From: an uncultured virus (IMG/VR IMGVR_UViG_3300032011_003340)
Lineage: Duplodnaviria > Heunggongvirae > Uroviricota > Caudoviricetes
Virus record (IMG/VR): IMGVR_UViG_3300032011_003340
DNA: 64,000 bases
Strand: one strand, 5' to 3'
Shown here one piece after another: positions 27,101 to 30,547 of the stretch. The notes beneath the pieces are model-generated. The model searched no databases. It was not told where the DNA came from and was given only the letters and a program-made list of their open reading frames with translations. Each line of letters opens with the position of its first letter. Position 1 is the stretch's first letter. The position numbers and the translations under genes were made by a program.

Positions 27101-29012
27101 CCCTTTCTCTTAACTGTCTTTCACTCATTTTATCGAACTCTTTAGTAAGTTCTTTTTTCTTTTTTTCTAATTTATCTTTAGATTCTTGTGTATCAAAATC
27201 AATTGTACCTGAATTAGCCATATCAATTCTAACCATATTATCAATGATTTTATCTTTTTTAGATCTATCCCTAGTTTCAATAAAATCATTAATATCTGCT
27301 ATATTTTCTTCTAATGCAGCTTGATATTTTGCACTTGCAATAATACCTGCACTGTCCTCAACGCTTTTCTGCCATGCTTTAATTGGTTTATTTATTTGCT
27401 CATATTCTAAATCTTCTAATTTATTTGCAGATACTAAACCTTCTTCATATTTTACTATTACATTTCCTTTTTCATCTAATTTTGCTTTTTGCTTTTTTTC
27501 TTTTACAAAATTACCATCTTTATCTTTTTCAACTTCTGATTCTACATATTCATTAACTAACTCACCTTCCTCATTTTCAACCATTACATCTTCCATTTCA
27601 ACCATTGTTTCACCAGCTCTAAACTTAAGTGAACCATCAGGATAATACACATTTTCTTTATGTGTTTTTGCAACTTTTTTTCCAAGTGCTTTACTTGCTG
27701 CACCAAAAGTTACTTTATCCATTAGTGAACCAGTTGTACCTAAAGATTTAAATGCAGTACCTGCTCCAACTTGAGTAGTTCCACCCAGAAAACCTAAAAT
27801 AGAAGTTTCTACAACGTCCTTATAACTAGCATCACCATATATATTACCTGTTAAATAAAATTCATCGCCAAATATTAAACCTTTAGATCTTGCTTCTTCA
27901 CCTGTTGCCATTGCTCTTTGAGCTTCTGCTTCAGCTTGTTTTTGAGCAATTAATTCTATATTTTCTTCAGCAACTTCTTGAGCACCTTCTTTTAATCCTG
28001 AACCTAATTCTTTTCTTTTAAAAGATGGTAAAAATGATTCACGTTTGAAACCTTTTACATTTTTAGAAGGATTAAAAAATCTATTAGCCATTGTTAAATT
28101 TAATGCAATATTGGCTCTACTTGCATTAACAATATTTGATGCCGTTTGAGCAGCAACTTGTTCTGCATAGTCATTACTATATCCCATTTCAATAGCTTCA
28201 TTATATACACTATTATATGACTCTGTTGCATTCATCATAGCTGCAGATTGATTCAACATTGTTGATGTAACAACATTTTCTGCCATATCTCCAGCTTTTA
28301 ATCTTTCTCCTATTGCTTTACCAGATTTACCTGATCTTGCTATATTTTCACCTGTACCAATTACTTTACCATGTCGTTTTATCTTTTCTGCTTTTTTAAA
28401 GCTATTTAACCATTTAAGTGCTTGTGCACCTTTACTTACAAAAGCACCTGCGCCCATACCTTGTAACATAAATGAACTTGCACTAGAAGCAAGACTCCCT
28501 CCATTTTCAATCCACCATGCTATTGCACCAGGGCCGGTCATTCCAGCATCTTTTTTCTGATAAATAGGTGCCCATTCATTTGTTTTTTCTTTTTGTTCTG
28601 CAGCCCATTCTGACACACCTTTAAACCATCCTTCATTTGGATCAACATATCCAGGTAAATCTACCATTGATGTAAATCCAGCAGCTGTATCAGTTAAAGT
28701 ATTAAAGAAAAATCTTGCCCCTGCATTTTTTAATTGTTCACCTGTTCCTTGCTTTTCCCAAAGATTTTCAGTATTATATTCTGATCCAATTGTATAATCA
28801 GCACCTAATCTTTCAGCTTCAAGTCTCATACCATGATCAATATTAAGATCTGCGGTAGGGGTCATATAATCACTTATGTATTTTCTTTCTTTTTGATAGT
28901 AATCCCATTCATTGGCATATTTAATATCTTCTGCCATTGATTCTTGTAATTTTTCAGATGCTGCTTCATTATCTAGACTTTTTAAATAAGCCTCCATTTC
29001 TTCTGGATTCAT
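3174..29012 (-). CDS. Giant (8612 aa) multidomain virion RNA polymerase / ejected cargo protein, crAss-like
   Basis: GFRIPNQG..KSGSDFDIDKL (DxDxD of the two-barrel crAss-type RNAP, 11547-11561), EEADAQSY and KHSVFPL; Gly/Ala-rich hydrophobic N-terminal segments; many appended domains (listed below). Confidence 0.9.
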   Translation of the reverse strand: MNPEEMEAYLKSLDNEAASEKLQESMAEDIKYANEWDYYQKERKYISDYMTPTADLNIDHGMRLEAERLGADYTIGSEYNTENLWEKQGTGEQLKNAGARFFFNTLTDTAAGFTSMVDLPGYVDPNEGWFKGVSEWAAEQKEKTNEWAPIYQKKDAGMTGPGAIAWWIENGGSLASSASSFMLQGMGAGAFVSKGAQALKWLNSFKKAEKIKRHGKVIGTGENIARSGKSGKAIGERLKAGDMAENVVTSTMLNQSAAMMNATESYNSVYNEAIEMGYSNDYAEQVAAQTASNIVNASRANIALNLTMANRFFNPSKNVKGFKRESFLPSFKRKELGSGLKEGAQEVAEENIELIAQKQAEAEAQRAMATGEEARSKGLIFGDEFYLTGNIYGDASYKDVVETSILGFLGGTTQVGAGTAFKSLGTTGSLMDKVTFGAASKALGKKVAKTHKENVYYPDGSLKFRAGETMVEMEDVMVENEEGELVNEYVESEVEKDKDGNFVKEKKQKAKLDEKGNVIVKYEEGLVSANKLEDLEYEQINKPIKAWQKSVEDSAGIIASAKYQAALEENIADINDFIETRDRSKKDKIIDNMVRIDMANSGTIDFDTQESKDKLEKKKKELTKEFDKMSERQLRERADKHKEFSLARTAVESFKSNTKDHLVNIFEEIGSLSPEEAESRGYSKEYKEQAKESIVKIDEYYDRWMEYNTKLDNSIAHAAFNNRLSYDLLNRDIENLNKEAEEKHKLAVKNHAEKNDIDINEIDDDGVSNKFKFDQAFKIQQEKNKKLISDKKLIDLKEKQDQLQDELDKFDRVPEKDIKRDLDESLQKREDLLNQISKSLKDIEVREKEISKPFDERIEKLGLDEFSTKEQSDIYDRKLAAVKKSLELDEEFDDLVSGEKLAKLIRREQEKNREKRRKFYFNLHMEQLMELQDRDGFVYWDNSEEGKTNLFNSKRGRVDFKDGKYTFTPENEEPFLINETNKELYENQIKPGKEEEWEEYKNNINRKNKKQLEESKKEVGRLLTKLNELNEKKKSLTSSVHIDRKPYTSTTKRSNDQIDKLDEYVLRKKELIKELNELNKILDRPALDDTLTGKQLDNQEILINKAINKEVAKLDKAILEIQEEVGNDEKREPLFTGKLVEAQLKVSKLEDKINKLPVPNRFKMYTIKDNEDGSFTVFQNMDSVKEESISLTDTKLSKKYYKDNDGNYSVIGKDSEHERNTEIFEVLSPADLRFEKLKEFRKNLAAGKPAYTVAKDETLMEMAKKMPKTESEFLKIKGIGKVKNEKYGKQFLEFIATLPTDDNVDFDDQFKSIGIVSTKKEKGETTIKIKLSDSQAIEIADLDAIANLRGREKDSALVAEAQLEFIKAFWDKQITLDKLKVEKAEIYINKNENRNKLIDKQIEISNNIARFNELRDFMNSSDLDTSLVDHSDPIANQFNLILAQFIDDRDKLLFDEETKELQDKLTEMWNKLVDFEKQIEEQDNNIEKIKNDIEKQRQQITTKTSRKESVRGHLGHITKLNKQLIEAKRIRKNILSNRSYYEKEIERYEVYVDVLDNTKKDINFVREELNRLATPIQQLRDDLDKLNASLKKFDINLKDINRNIKLNRKIYRKLKDTLAGRKYFENEETINRILDNENPDSLSSLVNDIINELGLSQDFHTRFEQELIDSAYNTEFEYKGKLGLDELKAILENPLKYAGITRANSTDFVGPNGETITISPETAERLSRMSKALEKATIENRKNADDVKFVKLAGDTEMTTEEIQESLNQWESELSRYIEERKLIYKIRKNDRKKKKQIGNKIQDEENINASTIYILSRIDRKVTDTEQSAFNKIQQLIKDIDDKELDQIKAFNDLKKSVEVIDLELQANKRKYNKLLEFEDIFVERWEEFANTFSSEDIKVDDINKMIEMINGTIDPETGENKIIRDLKNEIEILEKDSNLSKIELSKLDALIKLQEELKAAIENKDLELSPRTLILRKNKIKKAINDIGSSQRENIEKEREIELKNNANNIVDTVDTYKEKLEDGSEELFRLITYKDGSTKLMTLVEENDLFGNEVDEELTEAKILSLKKSKPFKTETSIEAFKTKVEDEINKKYDAKINESLRLESFEESLLNASGTQLKLNQIIKDRNTLEADLEKVNNKKQSQKYIEEKLNWDGISNQISQVDNNIYILEEENKRKNAIINDIDREKRNNVIQAELNDVQGRLKVIYGGDKRTGIKVATKIAIHKRRKPGELQELLNKEEELLKLQKEDEDQVNVIYDEIDLNQEKIEQLNSEKNNLDLRLDELVSDEFYDIDYEIESIENQIADIDSKIQEYNEIILTEEEYKDPDALENPWTKEGIETIQLNILEGQLNWTNLVRSQEGERLESLIKRKNDAEDELEIRQALLAGNDEIIESSKKALNDKKFKLSAEDTKINNALKEQDKNTNTLEDDDILMKGVDDNLINSKSTVLSTVPTHLKWDGKEVMFDAKTKLPKLVDVDYQIRHMKFMNLNVDNMEDFNIEFVQPTKVINEDTGEREERNPDDPFNKVKIIQVDPKTKNKTGKVLTTIDADKEFGGGLYAIITNKEGQRIYMNNEGDMRPLDDTTTHDDLEKDGYELVFTNIPNIVKTSKPGEPDRYTQTMGDNMLLNELGEVLGQFPAKEWDEVSGNNVITIRGNNYNLTNKDDLLRVKEILKNNIYVKMSKFRENVENELNKDKKVYVEIKDISNGFQLSRSKDEELKIVDDLILDKNNRLIRTTEAKGKNTTVEKRVKNKNGDIIDKQFNVTSGVLYVLKPNNNLVEVTAGKLEQDEVNTTLKLITELLDEQGAFNKQGTYKTNDGELKNVNLVSIGKESKDIGLLNKVLNWTGPTDNKKFSIWISGGRIQFVNKNGEKRHFPVNSIREYIDNDFKKDKITDKFGKQYFDEFLSFLDEKRKHVHFQLIADENIDKEYLHPYLDKETNEIKLTKYDNYREYLATILKSRVITEDELESLGLKIKDKNDNVVYNDGTVGRYMSFSETIIDEKKKPLPLNYLKKDGLFLDEGEYLKYGDEVGRLESNGIDLVWTGEESKNEIILTADNIDDFDFTIEETSGEEGTDEDTGDEDFTPIEKTELPVIDKDDTLEFVNGYINVDTAGDVTLGNFGTRIKVKKIEGNEGLLVHQTFSYLNETYHDFYSIDENGEVELITSKEVIKTIKEIFTLGNEELKLGSELKGEGEREQKRKKLLGREIKSASDFIEYYDKFLEDDPSRFDSNKNDIIQTLNYNNTFINEYLPYLITGKGGEGLLISTRKSNDGKTDLNIFRKKGVKNAGDVAIELKTEKPDSVKKLLADKKFMPTEDNVYSRLIKQIMGDEDTSINYIPHITPDAKFNSNTEAISLSLGSIVRSNKTPKHLGATIAHELIHKLDKKEFKSEHWDKLVNLRDAVGKYLIKNKNKKSIQDLWKETYNDPETGEKINKLAYWLFGKRINQDEFQGILENSVDFKNLTDSETLALEDLESTDGAMKEFFANLMNQREFQELLNDIQISEIKEDLEYTVKRGKKNMFQAFLDVLNDILKSFGVTVGIKKNGVLEEVLIIGAAHYKKAGAFKDIDDKVVYEKSLKSDDDKDKTFEEQINDLNKEIKESIKLADFAKVSDLEAKIKELQAKIVERDKKDDVKTNLTPQEIAYVFSTLDTITKTSADELVKLANQVLNKEITKAEAEAETSPLLIEYLDALLSVRDEKDDGDSDDKLGHSIDRAELDSEIIKNESDNIKIGSYSKEAQDSIKISDDGKIIAIADGMGGAAANFNGIVNARSIATTVTKILAKGGSLDDIILQDLIDNMSDSDLKYFKILKYIAESKKNKVNLKEVTEYIDSLKLKWGLANILKTIAFGVYSGKINEGTSTPSISTTYINVEKTAENTYVITKVGDTQFTIVDKDGNIVKTHGMSASATTGGFGMRYSEKSGEFEFTSSPLHTATIKLLPGQKLIVSTDFIEKESQLKSFNEQYNNADFSLKEFTSAKGNKQDDATFAVIDYVTKPEVKPEETKDDDDGLTDRSSLIFGITANDELNFWGKNKGAADDYLDTLAENELKDILNKTKNLEDLKKEFDTWLNNNDDDWSLNSPEENKIDSVELTNKELKHIKKLLKDKKYDSLSRKLLTTEEKQKLQKDLREDFSEYNETLNDKNKTPEEKIRNTDTMLAILLMDDNVDDKYKIFADKVKQLEEMTVISEQQKSKTVKELSSFYDFKDVKLNQDELDSIMGALTNDVFELFRTNSEALYEKGVNKQKLYAQIRKKQAREDGLGILKKIIERAGWTPDGIDNTKAKKFIDDNTDQGKLILKGDVKFVFDIIQKIKRLEKASNKTEEQEQQLINLNTRLSNIVKVYDNFISRKGPGNNERWNELVRMHITHMNSLGFSIDSETLLDNERSENEVEASKDSAFIKDSTLIDQKSTMPSAIKLLISSLVNEKLNKDWKDSKGEEIFENVRGYLGLPIPNEFNDIYNLLVKKLANKPARLDVIINELNNIFNKEKNESGPGQALKSLVNADTSPLHVLGKKNISDITLNDVRVITQFIQTFSKFAPKFLLATIDKKGHLFFYDANKTRAVEKIVKTWEENFNKIKEDVEKDGVRTRLLPDFLKTFKAETSNIIKSKNKTDRVRNLKKQLSKIGIDIKDMQSYMDNFIKGLEGTSFGDRLTAKDSLLENIDKALNPKDKDGNAKEINHDYNPFKDDNIRGTIMEFAEKLVESSNQSVDNQFMSVDNKSIYAATLNQFLSLSANKMNYGAKKLYEKINGENSDDKKLIIDEKNPLRDEVPHIFNVFTGNSIALKRLSGLTGNNEITTQAVIEVGMFNGLTIKGEPGGEVTKSLDSPDKWAMMISSTMKGHYTFFRAADRGTENLFTFRDIDSGKPIKLYENRDDALDAFYGYLLDEVNAMVQLKNGLGADVKFYKDNGKKFRFFDDISLGTNDSIKDEIIRLIEDGNSFEEIKKDLDKNKENIIQDIKKHFITKAAVTKGKIDKDGLLKEFPENILQENYWVKGENDKLSKKTKLVDGAENMLFRGISPDILSPYTQNVTKDNEKLELNFTNTSKGEIIDELLLDFNLFQTGAYIEQSKIFTGDPAMYKNSDAFFKRMSMINSTKKVSAVDDKNSEGLKIDKIYNETNNFKILYKETKDSKTDKILDFKIKSVNGVDKNGKEIPSELKKLVENFNNTGKWDLNAVLTKKRKTKLTKLLKDSGSTTDSLRLVPGLGYNPDYILSGKKYDGSFDSMIMEDIWALSPLANDDVASLDDSLKELEKPPIRINNDGSVTYYTIIDNNGKPERKPTTPSALRKEFTESFIADGITDETKLAAKVEAYLSPYQNMEEADAQSYATMGMYKEILLRAGDWSDQHQAAYNKVMMGEELSPKEMFLFRVLKTQYAGPLDLSESLMGNETSITKDNQNNNLFIPTGYKHSVFPLIPQLIKGRNLEQLNKILTDNGNGLAQFTTANKFGRKLKENKTNTVYKDGIFEITAPISQKTGFEWFGVQLDQAPKMKNKITAGTQFRKLVLSNLIEMGVPADYLEKGLKQNKRKEDIKKEWDNLSDENKNKKSEFYSIYKEYQDIQGELFKRPLDELIKELDLMGEEKNGEIIRYKIGNRDKLIEIVLKSATDRLVSENVKSSIESLFDEDGYIEQTSSKNKLESILFAIVNSRVVREKRKGEGSPQVAVTFFEKINNKEGKKIKREGISDRIFSNPELRHYIKGKNGDTLPAHCMVGLPKDLLEWVNSEYGGLDEFNKKIDELHDKLDRIEINGEDIKFTKEEKEEFENLKNIITVVGFRIPNQGLQSADYMRVRQFLPTSVGDSLVVPSEMVAKSGSDFDIDKLQVYYANYKKPNKGKDGVWVGPQYIKFLNDSNSTAEDRYDNYIKSFNIPLDEDIKIDIEIFKDEEKSLIGLFKESRDTINTEEYKKIVKEYNENRSKRFEVKEKEFNTGLKEITNTSEVIFYSLPEAIKQKFKNKDFKISGTSLLEKTIEYRAFAKENIAIIEASVESLYGDKKLTKKSTIPSKNKKDNLPILEAIEKLEDLIQTYDDIIEYVGGEKLSDHINNSIDKEFDFKKEALPKIQKSKESNYDDFIKSAKETSDKYSKIVKDAILDYKIDNGAKTLEEFNKLSITKQNDIKALQNRMLELQGKIMSLPYNYRQLMAPVDDTITKDQAWEMRMLNSKEGIERLQVKLEKEREAELIKIIKKSGNAAIKSIITNTGKIIKGNSLSVDDGVIKYNNKEVSLKQITLTDEKNLEYLLALAPKYYALKKAWKTVRNKEMKTKSFSSVADPNVNMEKFIEFLSGKRGVGQTAVHITHHQLAMAANIKYNDDVESYWIFDHNKIDGTASFAGKKDQDGEWISETLSGFVNAYVDIAADPYVFDMNAGNKTANMILMLVRSGASMPWITKFVSQPIIKDYIQAQRVNESLFNKAVGMRIPFKNVIVKQVIEKKYGLDDVYFAKVLGKPENDDNDPKKFIYEINDDADKIIKDDLFKDYHNSEDKAEKERLIIEKDNVYDEAKGSNEQRWRRIKELKDNGLFSEEKLGQYILSNTLTELKEDTGLESISDITPNVYNEVQQYILDMYLEYQRQSKDFQMMIRATAADTKGAQKNMDDNKAWLKEVEEVKFKDRFTNLNKIYEESVISEVHKAVVESVKMFEPLYYFESNPVVSKAKRELIDVVEGSMTLTKDAKSKLASTVNNDLIAALATMNFNETEDGKKVVDKFSLGVAFEELFIKNDKNIYVNRRGEKAPLSEIIYELNNIKNKNDITSDNASILKLWGLRRNKLIKSLIGFQSNTEYTSYDGENGLKEQSEIGSTPAFQTIQFKAIKLDVRRENEFRNEFIKIKEFDEENGTNLFEDLIRFSFNQSGVQHNSSITFSNLIPNEEVTRILKDKFDKFDSLTPDTQKNILNEFKKQFLERTIEFTPTLRKNEKNNQLTIKSDSNTNQYSRFIHTIYDPETNSFKRKAVKPKPTGKGKSEKLTISKASSWDPVDDTPTNYKVFKDRDGIIRGHGRFLMGYELSLAPSERNLKVRKKQEEWKDFYEGKITQLKDDEMYIFGANDRGLHGAGGAGAAMDKKRTVAQISAISDGTVEKWAVKGETGLMQGNEGESWGIVTVQGKLGGKDETNRMPEDEIIEGIKEVYEHLRENPNIKGYVAYSNELNNKSLNGYTGEEMIKLFNLAGPIPPNAIFSKTWFDTGLLNRSETIVDEGVDPSSTVIQPIINKEGKINIYSGDNENSHLSNFANRPITFKKDFDEILYTENITEMIGWYLEGTKKDSITFKNVEGLFQMAKIWNIDLDDKTGKSPGDYWKQDDPGNIMSSWSLTEKGLNMVEKFANATGKEAKKMGGNIPLSKEGIENWNRDSEEIMKSALLESFSQNPNALASLLATNDIELSHTQDKKKWGKLFPKILMEVRAELNENVSQETTTEVTEEIDKTSDEIGEVKKDVFRDFERKGWVTGSKESQRTQAIEIQKLMKDLIDPSDYKTLDDMIKAKQGAEYVINKGYATSEEVKNNALAAILLGSFAEEGISQKQLVEKYYVDTEFKTKDQKDRIFAYDGVEIETDFKLGDEQRQALEDMIDFMKDPSKRDWTLEGRAGTGKTTIIGLLEQYMKKKLGDPLYTIAYAAPTNAASAYLALTTAKLGNKNLPSTIRGSINKNKNTKQWEFRYKIYNLLYDDPKSRLFIIDESSMLEEGFTNNDIKNLKAAAKKSSTKIIFMGDSGQIPAVGTKDKNKDDNKATKTKPVYKNIPSIFNEGSKDKSILTTVYRQKDGPMLDLLGQMHEDTEYVPRYVKDHDSIKFQKTEDWEKEYLKDFKNDETNGKQDTTIISYSNERVKSLNAQVRASLGKGKYTRVGDSVIGYVGYQNKQLSQNDLTNAVKYTITNIKEEDSVRVLTVKSQLLKKLKDLEVEGVNEITTAKYYQLSDTDSLNFDLTNEDFDKNNNIVSNIFRQIHNLNKKLKATPIKDRNSKFWREYYADKDDLTSQFKKIELGDNYVFDPKQDKMVKESDFSSRNKNENTKLKNYFYKLQINGLSIKKGIDYGYAITVHKSQGLTIPNVYYDLANVAKNTSLDYTFLKKDGKVFNTEMNAINYVGMSRASRKLRINRGDMQLELFGDTAESTEEGTSNTITIADELLAPTVEPIEVDYTNMSEITNHSGGAKGFDTIWDITGEEYEMSDSRHYLLSSDKELQSKELKDKGRKKIDADDFVGEVVAKGPAKGIGQKEVTKAERQMGRIESNHTTRNKKKIRNYAQVVNADGIFAVGSLIPKGANITLSRGTVKKKALVPQVNGGTSVAVQLGINLDKEVYVFNQVKNSSYPVGWYTWDSNKNDFIKIDTPILTKNFAGVGTSSNITEAGKQAVRDVYEKTKANLSGKTFTPSTVTTTTTTTTTKEFKPNKVVVRKDWKDYKGKIGMQNLNVFTKYGVNTLRKWKEGTKLYGHFGNPFLGTFRKGKGKTNIDNYIRFGTIKEAVAAYTMWLNGNSKYKNFEQDQRNWILKQIDSGKLDGKTLLYYEPKSVKQLDGTTAKKGYYSHADALAAFIKKRRGGVKTTTTTKGKKATAKKTTKETIKETVKKPDKIGDYTITQQGNLFVITRKDGFEMIVSSKDKAIEAIAKKDKEDAKNDPCNKK
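3435..3800 (-). other. DUF4326-like domain in the giant protein
   Basis: HFGNPF...EAVAAYTMWL...LDGKTLLYY...HADALAAF (the Cys residues usual in this family are absent). Confidence 0.6.
3955..4610 (-). other. SLOG-superfamily (YspA/MoCo-carrier/Smf-like) nucleotide-binding domain in the giant protein
   Basis: NHSGGAKGFD...RNYAQVVNADGIFAVG...GGTSVAV...VYVFNQ...NFAGVGT. Confidence 0.65.
4740..6360 (-). other. SF1B RecD/Dda-like DNA helicase domain in the giant protein
   Basis: EQRQA, GRAGTGKTT (Walker A), APTNAA, IIDESSM, GDSGQIPAV, LTTVYRQ, YGYAITVHKSQG, YVGMSRA. Confidence 0.9.
6800..7380 (-). other. NADAR (YbiA-like) domain in the giant protein
   Basis: LSNFA...F.NVEGLFQMAK...EAKKMG...W...IM...LLESFSQNP..LASLLAT...WG..F.KILMEVR. 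Confidence 0.8.
7480..7930 (-). other. Macro-related phage A1-like domain in the giant protein
   Basis: MYIFGANDRGLHGAGGAGAA...GLMQG..SWGIVT...GYTGEEM..LF...P.N matches the FVFGSNxxGxHGxGAA family pattern. Confidence 0.6.
11547..11561 (-). other. RNA polymerase catalytic loop DFDID
   Basis: GAT TTT GAT ATT GAT in frame (about aa 5818-5822), preceded by the R-I-P motif. Confidence 0.9.
17030..17820 (-). other. PP2C/PPM Ser/Thr phosphatase-like domain in the giant protein
   Basis: AQDS...IAIADGMGG...STT...KVGDTQ...LIVSTDF...QDDATF reproduces the PPM metal-binding motifs in order. Confidence 0.75.
18350..19000 (-). other. Zincin-like metallopeptidase domain in the giant protein
   Basis: TIAHELIH (HExxH at 18861-18875) with downstream EFFAN..N.EFQ..L, as in phage polyvalent-protein zincins. 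Confidence 0.75.
25125..25325 (-). other. HRDC domain in the giant protein
   Basis: RFEKLKEFRKNLA.GKPAYTVAKDETLMEMAKKMPKT.SEFLKIKGIGKVKNEKYGKQFLEFI closely matches the RecQ-type HRDC consensus. Confidence 0.9.
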
Positions 29013-29080
29013 ATTATATTATATATTTATAGTATATGGTGATTATATTTATTTTATTATATGGTAACGGTGTATTTTAT

Positions 29081-30286
29081 TTACTCTGGAAAATATTTTT
29101 GCAATAAAGGTAATATATTCTTATTATATAGTGCCATATTATTCGCAACATAACCTGGGGAAGTAGCATATCCTCCTTGTTTAACAGCAGTAAAATATTT
29201 ATTAGGATCTCCTATACTTTCTGTAGTTCCATGTTTAGAATATCTTTCATTAGAAATTAACTTTATTACAGCTGCAATGCCTTCTTCAGGAGTTGCATAT
29301 GTTCTAAAAGGTGCTCTTACTTTATATTCAAGTTGACCGTTTTTCGTATTACCAGTAGGTCCACAATCTTTACATTCAACGTTATTTGATGCTGTTAATA
29401 TATTTTCTTTTCTTTTTGCTGCCCATCTTTGAGCATCTGCATCATTTTTAAAGTATTCTCTTGTGTATTGTATTGTATGAGGTTGATTTCCATAAGCTTT
29501 AATTCCGCCAAAATTATTGTGTTTACTTGTTAACCCACTTTTTCCCCAATTACTTTCTAAAGCTAATTGAGTTAATAAGGCACCAGCATCTATATTAAGC
29601 CCAGTATCTTTAATTACCTTTTTAATTATTGGATAATATGTTTGAACATATTGGTCATTGCTAGTAATTGCAACGGTGTTTTCAGAATCTTGCGCTTGTA
29701 CTTGTCCAGGAGAATAAATTATCATTTTTCCTTTTTTATTTTTCTTATACACTTTACCTGCAGGTCTATCATTTCTAGCTTTTGTTATATCAATATGATA
29801 GCCTGTACCTGTATTATGATAATATGCACTTGCATTATTTTTTATTAAAAAGGCTTCTCCTGATTTAGTCTTAAAGAATGCCCATAATGCTCTACCCGCT
29901 TTACCATCTTGTCCATCTCTAGTACGTATGTCAACTGAATTACCTGTCATATGTGGACTATCTATCATAGAAGTTAAATTAGTTCTGTATGCCCTTGTAT
30001 TATCTTGTAGTGATCTTAAACCACTTGTAATTATTGCTTTATCTTGAATTGTTAAATCATCAAACATATTTAAATCTCTTGGATCTATATAATTATAGTT
30101 TTCATTTTGAGTAAAATTACTTAAATAAGGTTTTACAGTAGATACTTGTGGGAGATCTGTTGTTGATTCTTTATAATTCTTTTTTTCACTTAGCAATCCT
30201 TGTAACATACTACTCATATTATTAACAAGATTTACTATTGTAGGAGTAAATGTCATTTTAGCACCCGTACCTTTATTAGAAACCAT
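29081..30286 (-). CDS. Peptidoglycan hydrolase: M15-type metallopeptidase plus GH73 (FlgJ-like) glucosaminidase; probably expressed as a frameshift extension of the upstream gene
   Basis: ITSGLRS...SPHMTGNSVDIR...YHID (M15); QLALESNWGKS..NNFGGIKA...FRTY...GGYATSPGY (GH73). This frame stays open upstream of the ATG to beyond 30600. Confidence 0.85.
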   Translation of the reverse strand: MVSNKGTGAKMTFTPTIVNLVNNMSSMLQGLLSEKKNYKESTTDLPQVSTVKPYLSNFTQNENYNYIDPRDLNMFDDLTIQDKAIITSGLRSLQDNTRAYRTNLTSMIDSPHMTGNSVDIRTRDGQDGKAGRALWAFFKTKSGEAFLIKNNASAYYHNTGTGYHIDITKARNDRPAGKVYKKNKKGKMIIYSPGQVQAQDSENTVAITSNDQYVQTYYPIIKKVIKDTGLNIDAGALLTQLALESNWGKSGLTSKHNNFGGIKAYGNQPHTIQYTREYFKNDADAQRWAAKRKENILTASNNVECKDCGPTGNTKNGQLEYKVRAPFRTYATPEEGIAAVIKLISNERYSKHGTTESIGDPNKYFTAVKQGGYATSPGYVANNMALYNKNILPLLQKYFPE

Positions 30287-30492
30287 TGGTGCATCTGGTA
30301 TACTTTTTAATTTTTGTGGATTAGTAGCATATATATCTCCTGTACTTTTATCAGTAAACCATTTATGTTTATTTATTAAATTAGGATTAGATGAAAATCC
30401 TAATTGTGCTTGATCAGCTTTACTTAAATCATCAAATACTTTTCTATCAATTGAATAATTATATTGACCATTCTTTTTTTGTGTTTTTTGGA

Positions 30493-30547
30493 CTACGCCG
30501 GGATTCGTAGCAATTATATCATCTAAGAACCCGGTAGCTGAAAATTT
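30493..30547 (-). promoter_or_regulatory. Putative programmed -1 ribosomal frameshift signal
   Basis: In-frame slippery heptamer A_AAT_TTT (30547-30541); 6 nt later CCGGG pairs with CCCGG in an extended hairpin (30537-30493). Confidence 0.75.

Noticed and set aside
30473..30479. A_AAA_AAG heptamer in the -1 frame after the main slip site
   Set aside because: It is a classic slippery sequence, but it lies past the 0-frame stop, has no obvious stimulatory structure, and A-runs are common in this genome.
30514..30525. TAG read-through as the link between the 1271-aa gene and the hydrolase
   Set aside because: Read-through gives ATG ATA TAA, a stop two codons later, and the hydrolase is in the -1 frame.
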